The position numbers and the translations under genes were made by a program. From NCBI GenBank assembly GCA_951406725.2, contig OX597832.1, positions 35,216,001 through 35,280,000 of the forward strand: a DNA stretch of 64,000 nt, read 5' to 3'. Within the stretch, counting starts at the first letter, position 1, and every line of letters starts with the position of its first letter. This document shows positions 27,480 to 64,000 of the stretch, piece by piece. The notes under the pieces are model-generated. The model was given only the letters and a program-made list of their open reading frames with translations, was not told the DNA's origin and did not search any database. The stretch comes from Octopus vulgaris (Eukaryota).

Positions 27480-27867
27480 TTCAGACAAATGTTTCATTTA
27501 ATAGAGAAAGAAAGAAACTATTTCAACTACATTATTGAATTTGATTTTATTCAAAGACACATTACATTAGTGATCTAATGATGGGATGTAGGCAAACTAC
27601 ATTGACAAATCCAGCACTTCAGTTAAAAAATTAGTCCATGCTATGTGGTTACAAGACACGTCTCTCCAGAGATTCTAATAATTATAGAATTTTTGGATTT
27701 GATATATGAAGCATACAATTGGTTAAAGGAGATAATAACAAGAAGATAAATTATGATGAGAACAACTTCACAGAAGTTGTTGATCAGAAAAGGGAATAAA
27801 ACTAAATTCACACAAACATCATTGTTGTCTACATGAACAAATTATTTTCAGTTCATTGAGACTAATA

Positions 27868-27901
<34 letters not shown>

Positions 27902-28165
27902 AAATCAGGAATGCTTATTTAAAAAAAAAATTATAACCCAAACCATTCTATGTTCTTTTTGAATTGTGATGTCAATTACAATAAGTGGTAGAATATATTA
28001 TTCTATTAAACAAACTGATATACATGACTTCATCAAGTCTTTTACTTTCAAAAGAATTGATCATTTTGCAGGTTTATTAACAGATTTTAATAAAAGACTT
28101 TGTCATGCATATTCAGTCCCAATTTAGAGGTAGAGTTATTTCTATTAATGCAGTGCAATAAGAAA

Positions 28166-28230
<65 letters not shown>

Positions 28231-31200
28231 TGAACGAAATAAACTTTTGTAAACTACACAGGTAGACGGTAGTGGGGATGGGGGGATGACGGCCCCCAGC
28301 CCTGCCCCAGTCAAAAACTCTTTTCAGCATTGTAAATTACATAACTTTAATAAAAAGCAGAATTACTGCATTGCAAAATAAGGTTTTTGCTTTAAACAAT
28401 ATTATATTTAATCTTTGAGAGGACAATAGAGAAAATATGTAGCATTAAGAATTTTTCTCTGTGTTTCAAAACAAATTAGTTTTCTTTAAATTAAAAAAAA
28501 AGGTTTTCTTCTTGCAGATAACTGACAATCTTTGTATTAAAAACAAAGATTTTAATGATTATATCGTTACTGACTTTATACTGCAAATTAGAAAAAATCA
28601 ATAAGCTATAACAGTTTCAATAATATACTTTGTGTATTTAACAAAGAGATAAAAACAAACCAACCTGTTTTGATAAATGCTATAATGATATATTCATTAA
28701 AATTATGTAGAATTGGTAAATTAACTTCAAGAAAAGAACCCACATCTTAGCTTGCTGAATTAATTAAGTAACGATATGAGTGATGACAATAAACCATGAT
28801 TGGTATTCATCAAGCCTAGATGCAAGGAAAGGAAAGTCAATTCAGAACACAGAAGAATGAAATATTGAAAGGCATTCAATCAGCTCGTGATAATTAAGGT
28901 TCATATCTTTTACATTGAGCAAATATTTTACAAAGGTGCATTTTCTGAAGAGAACCAACAGATTCAGTGAACTACATTGCTTTGATCAAGAATTGAAAGG
29001 GCTTTGGAGTCTCACCTTGTTGAGAGCAGACCTTTTGCTCTAAAGTATTTACTAGAATAAGTTATTGTAACTATTTATTATAATCATTATTAGTTGAGCC
29101 ACGGCAGATATAAACTATAGATGCTCTTTTGAATAAGCTCCTCCTCCCCCTCCTTCCAATATCCCGCCAGAGTTCTTAGTTAATTGGTTTACAATTAAAC
29201 AGAAATTGTAAATCTTTGAAATGGAAACATTTTTGAAAGAATCAATGTTACAAAATATAAAGCAGCAAACTGTATCCTAACAAATTCTTTATTTTAATTC
29301 TTTAACAATTCTATAAATTATATACATATATAATAATAAATTACACTAAAGAAAGTGTTGTCAAGTGAAAATTTGGTGACTAAAGACTGTAAGTAATTTG
29401 GTTGTCAGAAATCAGATAAGTTTTCTTTTATATTTTAATAAAAAAAAAAAAAAAAGAACTAATGTTACAAGAAAAGGTTAATAGTATAAAATACTAATAA
29501 AGAATGAAGGGAATGAATGGGATCCAGCTTTTAACATCTTATGATATTAAGCACTTTGAAAGTCAGTAAAATATGATTAAGAAGTTAAGCCTCTAGACTT
29601 AGATTACAAATCTCTCTCTCTCTCTCTCTCTCTCATGCATACACACAGAATTTGTCCAACCCATGCTAGCATGGGAAGCAGACGTTAAATAATGATGATG
29701 ATGATGATGAGCAGCTATGAAATGTCTTGACCTGCTCAATATCTCTAAGCAAATTCTCTTTTGTTTGAGACTGTAAATTCACAATGGAAACAGCATTGCT
29801 ATAGTATAAAACTGACTGAGAGATGTACTTCAATTGTAACAAACATACTGGAGTCTTGATCAATAAACTTTGTGACATATCACATGTGAAGTTGACAGGG
29901 GCCCATCAACACTCCCCAGGATAGTAGGATTAGTAGATTTTACATATAAAAGCCCCCAAGTCATATCTTAATTAGCTTTCAATTAACAGTTCAAAGTGCA
30001 AATACCACAACAGACTAATAGGATACCATTTCAAGTTTATTGTTGTCATAATTTAGTTGGCTTTTCAAGAATATATTACAATATTTGTGTTTTATTTCTA
30101 TTAATGCAGAAGAATGAAAATGGCAAAAGAAAAATCACCAACAAAATAAGAACAACAAAAATTGTTGGACAGGTTTATAAGTGGAATATAAGAATATTCC
30201 TGAAAATTTATATATGCTGAAATTATGCTTCTAAAAAGTTGTATAAATGAATTCTTCCAACAAAAATTGAAAGACAGAATTTTATAAACATAATCTTAGG
30301 CTTTCAATAGGTTAATTTTTGAGTTAAATAACTTTAATACATTTTAATTTTTATGAATAATTGAAGCAGCACTGCATGTTCTATTATGAAATTTAACGTT
30401 TCATTGAAAACTTTTTTCATTTCATGATGAGAAAGGCAATCAATAGGTGATTTCCTCGAATAATGCAGTAAAATAATTATGTCTAACAAATTTAATATAA
30501 AGTTGATTTCTTAAAATTACTCAGTATAACATATTTGAAAACATGTTTGGTATTTGATCTAATTTGAAATATACAGTTGGATAATATCACTAAGCTTTTA
30601 AACTTGAGGGTTTGTTGAGATGAAATTAAAATTCTATCTATAATAAATCAATGAGTTCATAAGTAAGCACAGAATTGAATTTTCAAAACCAATGTCATCT
30701 TTCAGATATATTTTATCATTCACAAGAAAAGAAAATGATGGCAAGCAATGGCTATTCTAAAACTAAATATTACAATCAACTTTAATTACAACAGCCATAC
30801 ATATTAATAGTTACTAATTGTTTCGTTTCAGATAAGAAAACAATGCTATGCTGATCCATTGACAAGAGTTGCTCAAACAGCATTTACAATAAAATGTTAC
30901 TAATTGCAACAAAATGTTACATTTAGCTAATTTTGTTACCAATGAGCCAACCCTTGGCATTATTCACATATAAAATAAAAAAAAACATATTGATAGAATA
31001 AATGAGGAATGTCAAGCATTAAGACAAAAGCTACTTCAATTATGTACTGAGATTAATAAGTGTTCTTTTAGAGAGCAACAAGCAATGAATGCTGATATTT
31101 ATAGAAAATATATTAAAACTTCAATCTTATTCAGGGGTGATTATTAGGGAAGTAAACTATTCTTCTATCGTAAACCATTTCTAAAAATCTTAAATAAACT

Positions 31201-31529
31201 GTTGACCATATTTGATGAAGAAAAACTATTGTTAATTACCTGAAGCAATGTAGCTAAGGAACATAAAGAAATAAATGAAAAATAAGTAAACTTACAAAAT
31301 ACTGAGATTTTAACAACAAATTTATAGAAATAAAATCTAAAAATCCAATATTCTATTTCAATCTTTGTTACAGAGAATAGTCATTTAATTAGTATTTCTC
31401 TCTTAACTACTAAGATACAGCTGTCAACTGCTTTTTTAGGTCTTTATTCATTGGTTACAAGATGGTAAGTAAAGAACAACTGGATGCAGTAATACCTGGT
31501 GAAGGAGAGAGAGAGAGAGAGAGAGAGCA

Positions 31530-31560
<31 letters not shown>

Positions 31561-32141
31561 TATAGTGCTGTTGCCCCCAAATTATTAACTTTATCAGCAG
31601 ATAATTGTGAATTGATTGACTTAACATTTAATAGAAATACAAAATAATTGTTGAAGAACAATTTTTTACAGAAATGTATTTAGCATTCACAATATTTGCT
31701 GTTAAGTATATTGTCACCGCATCACTAATGTTTTTCCTTTTTTATATTTTTTGGTTTCTACACTAACAAGTCAGGTAGGCAGCCCATAATATTTAACTAT
31801 GTACAAGTCTATGGGCTTATGAAATATTTCTACAACAAATAGAAAATGTTGTAAATTGGTTCTTTTTTGGATTGCAATCCTAATAATGCCCTTAGCACCA
31901 TATAGGATACTGAGAAAGTTTTTAAACGATAAGTACAATTTACATTTCCAATTACTTTGAAATCAAAATAAAAAATAAGACCATATAATAAGAGTGAGTG
32001 GAAATGGATTATATATATGAATATGAATGTTTATGATGAAAGACAAGGCAAATGTCTGTATGGGTGGGGGGGAAATATGGAAGAAGAAAATGGTTAATTT
32101 TGTTACATTCTCCAAACAGCAGGTATTGCAGTCAGCAACTT
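27480..32141 (-). other. Probable long 3' UTR of the SH3KBP1-like gene
   Basis: About 4.6 kb of AT-rich sequence almost free of LINEs follows the stop. Minus-strand AATAAA (about 27546-27551) and ATTAAA (about 27497-27502) are followed by a GU-rich tract. Confidence 0.45.
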
Positions 32142-59586
<27,445 letters not shown>

Positions 59587-62477
59587 CTACAATACATTTA
59601 AAACAAATTTATATAAATAATTAAGATTAAAAAAGCACATCTGAATATTAAGAGTTATGATATAACTAGTTTAAAAGCTACACTCCATGCAGACTTTTAA
59701 GCTAGCTCCTGCGGAGGGATAATTGGGCCTATGGCCCAAAACTAAAGAGAGCTAAATAGCATGACTATAATATATCTATAATGACTTTATGCTCTGGTGG
59801 TGTTTGAGCAGAGGTTAAGGACGGATGAGAATTAATTCTGTAATGTAATCATTCTAGTGTTCCAGTTCCAATTTGAATTCCAACTGTTGACAAATTTGTC
59901 CCAAAGTTCTTATCTTGACGTAAAATTAATGAAGCGGATATCATTTATCTCCCCTTCGATCTCTGTCCAATGCCAGCAAGATGGCATGAATTAGTCGAGC
60001 TTTATCTGCTAGAAATAGCAACCCAAATGCTTTTAAATCAGATCCCAATGCTGAATATTCAAGAACCAAATGAAGGGCAGATTTTCAATCACGGGATCAT
60101 CCTGATTCCAAAATGGTAGAATATGTCTATGGAGAGCAAATGTAGACTGAGATACCTCAGATGGACAGATAGAATTTTGCTTTTATTACTATAGAAGAGC
60201 ATTGCTTTTGTTGTTTTCTTTTTTTGATCTTAGGACAAAAGATAGTCCCATGACCTTTTTTGAGGACCTCAGAATTGTGGACGAAAGTTATCCACAAATC
60301 TGACATGAATGCTACTTTTACAGAATTTAAGATCACATTTTATTAAATTGAACAGAATTAAAGTTTTTTTTATATGGCCAATCTGGCTTTTATCATGAAT
60401 CAATCTTTGAAAACACATGGGAACATATGCAAAGACAAAGTAGATATTCCTGCTGCTTACCATCCTTAGTCTTTCTTCTACTACCACATATAAAAATAGT
60501 AAACAGCTTTATACAAATGATCAGTCATTTCTCACTCCTCATCAGACAAACAAGTCACAACCCTTATTACCCCCCCCCCCACCTCTTCCCTGAAACCTTC
60601 ATTAAACCAAAATTTCCATGCTATCAAAATGAAGCAAATTCTTTGAATTCAACAAGAAAGCAGTTGGCAAATGCTGGACATGTGGATTTACAGTGATTTT
60701 ATAGATTTATTTATTTATAATAATAAATGCAGAAAATTTGACTGGTATTTTTAAGCTTTGGATAACAGATGCCCATTCGTCAAGCAGCCAATTGATGCCG
60801 TGACACGACCTGGTTGCCATGCTTCTTGTATTTGCAGTGGAAAATACAAATCAGGTTGTGTAACAGCAAGCAGCTGGCAGAAATTCACGTTTAAATAAAG
60901 CTTAAAAATGAAAATTACATTTTCTGCATTTCTTATTACTATGTAATGTGGCATGATATCCACATGCAAGCCTATCTAGAAATATGATGGTTATTTTCAG
61001 AATCTGTTGAGTATGGAATCATTTACTGAGTTCAAACCTTTTGGTAACATGTCATGCTTTCCATCACTCTTTTTCAAAACAAACCTTCCTGCTTACCTGC
61101 CTACATGCATCTATCTTTTATTTACTTCAAAGTCTGGTACTTATTCTGTTGGTCTCTTATGCTGAACCACTATGTTATGGGGATGTAAAGAAATCAACAC
61201 CAATTGTCATGGAGTAAGGGGTCCACACAAAAGCCATGCACACATATACATACATATCACTGTTCCCCATCCAGGCAGGCAAGCCAGAACTACCCTGGAA
61301 CAGAATGTTAGTCTATTGCAGGGTTACTCATTACTGGAGCAATGTGAAATTGTCTTTCTCAAGAACACAATGAACTGCTTATCTGGGGATCAAAACTATC
61401 TTTTCACAGTGAGTACAACACCCTAATTAGGCTGTATGTCTCATAATATAATGGGAGGCTAATCCTAACATAAACTACTTTAAAGATCAATCCACTGAAA
61501 AAAATTAGATATATTCCTGAAGCGGATATTGGGAAGGCGCCAAAGGATAGTGAATTACATACATAGATGACTGGAAGTAATGACTACATTAATAATGGAA
61601 CGAAATATGCTAAGTGGTACAATAATGGGTTCGATAAAAAGATGAATATTAGTGGGAAAAGTGGGAGGAATATAATCAGTCCACTGGGCAGTAATAATTA
61701 TCCTATTCCTACTCGAGGAAGGAAAGACTTTGGAGGATAAGCCTGGGATTAACCTGATTGTTCAGTGAAAAGTGCAATTGGAGAATTCTACCTAGTAATA
61801 AGGGTAAGTATATAGTATGAAACATTTTGATCCCAGATATGAGTACATCTCGCCACACAGCATTATGAATGACAATGCACAGAATGTTAATCATCAAAAC
61901 GATCCTAAAAAGAGACAAAAAACATGCAATGAACCAATTTTCTAGTATAATGCTTGCTTCATTTGAGGCTCAAGCAGCCATAAACACCCCAATTCTTTAT
62001 GGCTCTGGACAAGTATTTTTCTCTTTCATAGCAGAATATTCAACAGATGTACAATAAAATTTGCATACACCACATCTAATATAACAATAAAAAAAAAAAA
62101 GAAAACTTTTGAAGCTAAGGAAATAATTAATTCTTGCTATGAATATGAGCATGCAAAATGAATTTCTCTGTAATGAAGCAGCTGGGAAGAAGGTGAGAGT
62201 GGAACACTGGATATCCCAAAATCTTGTCTAAGTAATAATATGAATGGTAACAGTGAATAGAAACTCCTATAATACTTCACTGAATGAATAATTTAATTTG
62301 AAGAACTGTCAGGACTGTCTCCTGAAAAACCAATGTCTTAGGAGAAACAGTGTATAAATATTCAATACTAATACTGGGAAAGGTATATTATTGCATAGGT
62401 GCTTGTTCTGTGAAATTCAAGCAAAGGTAAATTCAATTCCTTAGTTACATTACCACATTGTATACTTCTTCATATAA

Positions 62478-62830
62478 ACCAAGGGCACCAAAGGACCCCC
62501 TTGGGGTCAACAAGGAATTACAGGAGGGTCGATGATAACCAGGAAGTTGAATGGGGGTCAGCATGCGAAAGACCAGCTCACCTAGATGAACTGTAAAAAG
62601 TGTGTCATCCTCAATAGAATTTCTTCATTTGTCATACATGTATATTTTATCTAACATTTTAATTGGCAGCATCAGTACCTGGTATGCATCTAAGATATGG
62701 TAGGGTAGGGTATTAAGATATTTTAAATGAGGAGGGTGGTCGATGTGGAAGGAGAAGAGGCTAAAGGAGGTTGATGTAGAAGAAGTAGTTAAAGGCGGTC
62801 GATGGTCAAAAAAGTTTGGCAACCCCTAAT
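62478..62830. mobile_element. Decayed hAT-like MITE
   Basis: End aaaaagtttggcaacccct with ggacccc/ggggtc subterminal motifs; a similar terminus is at 17040-17108 (ggttggaaaaccactg). Confidence 0.4.
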
Positions 62831-63369
62831 ATAAACCAACACCTAACAATGCATTTAAATCCTTTCCAACATAAGTTTATTCCTTATATATGGGACCATA
62901 TTCTAATTGATTTCCATTCCTCATTTTGCTTTATTCAATAATTAAGTTTTAAGCATTCTTTCCCTAACAATTGAAATTCACTCTAATTACCCTTGTAAGC
63001 CGTAATTTTCACTACTAAAACAATGTAATTTATTCTTTCTTTAGAATATATTCCATTTAATAGAATTCTTCTTATGCATTGTAACTTAACTACTCTCTTG
63101 AATATATTTTATTTAATATAGATTTATTCACTTTGCAAACTTGTAGCTCTCTGGGTTACAAATTTTCACAAAAGTTTTCATTGTCATTGTTTTGAGTGAT
63201 TTTAATACAGAATTTTGTGCTGATTCCAAAAATGTGTTTATTCTTTTTTTCCCCACCATCGACCATTTGCAAGATATATTGAATGAAGCTAATACACACA
63301 TCTCATACATCTGGCAACTGCCTGTGTAAACCAAAGCTCTAACGTCACTTGGTCACAGGTCTCACCAGA

Positions 63370-64000
63370 CAGCAGGATGCATGGTTGCTCTTGAAGAATG
63401 TACCCCACAACATAGACTAGTTGTTAGTGACTTTAGATTCAAGGCCAGAAGTATGCCAAAAAGCAAACCACTCTGGAAAAGAAGGACTTGGAAGCTGAAG
63501 AACCCTTCACATGGTCAGAGATTTAGGGATTTCCTGACCGAGAAATTTGATGAGAGGGAGAAGCTACAGTCCTGTGACACAGAAGGCAGCTGGGAATTCT
63601 TGCGAGACAGCTTGCTGAGTGCCACAGACCAAATTTGTGGCTGCTGAAAAGTCCCTTCCAGACCAAGGGTAACATGGTGGTTGAACAATACTGTAGACAA
63701 GGCCATTAGAGCAAAGAAACAGGCCTGGAAGAGTAGGGTTAGCAGGGGACAGTATCAGATAGCCAAAAGGGAAGATAGGAGACAGGTATATATAGGTAAG
63801 GAAGGAGCAGAAAAGAAGTTTGCCAATGTTCAGTGACATGAAGACCAAAGAACTGAAGTATTTCAGATTGCAAGAATGTGTGAGAGAAAACCATGATGTC
63901 ATAGGAGAGAAATGTGTCTGCATGGATGACGTCTCACTTACATTTAATGATTTTGCAAAGAAAGCAGCTTGGAGATGCCATTATGAAAGACTGCTGAATG
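63370..64000 (+). mobile_element. RTE LINE fragment running off the window
   Basis: EECTPQHRLVVSDF...WKLKNP..GQRFRD; homologous to 1-600. Confidence 0.9.

Overview
This is AT-rich, repeat-dense animal genomic DNA, not prokaryotic. The repeat landscape (RTE LINEs with (GAT)n tails, tRNA-derived SINEs, long (TA)n arrays) suggests an octopus or other cephalopod, which is an inference. Two intron-containing genes lie on the minus strand, both reconstructed by hand from GT-AG exons with consistent phases. The first is the 3' part of a CIN85/CD2AP (SH3KBP1) adaptor: 10 exons at 59586-32142 encoding SH3-B, SH3-C, a Pro-rich region, a CPI motif and a coiled coil, plus a candidate 12-nt microexon. The second is the 5' part of a divergent Na+/K+-ATPase beta-subunit-like gene: 3 coding exons at 17826-4525. 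The introns are filled with decayed RTE, CR1/L2 and Hero LINEs, SINEs, Tc1/mariner remnants and non-autonomous Helitrons. The most notable observation is a recurring class of non-coding cassettes at (TA)n microsatellites (about 14.3, 40.5, 47.2-48.3, 48.7-49.1 and 53.4-53.7 kb). They carry type I minimal hammerhead-ribozyme cores (CUGANGA...GAAA...GUH), and most form inverted duplications. They look like Penelope-like or retrozyme-type non-autonomous retroelements. Most ORFs in the supplied track are microsatellite or transposon-remnant artefacts.
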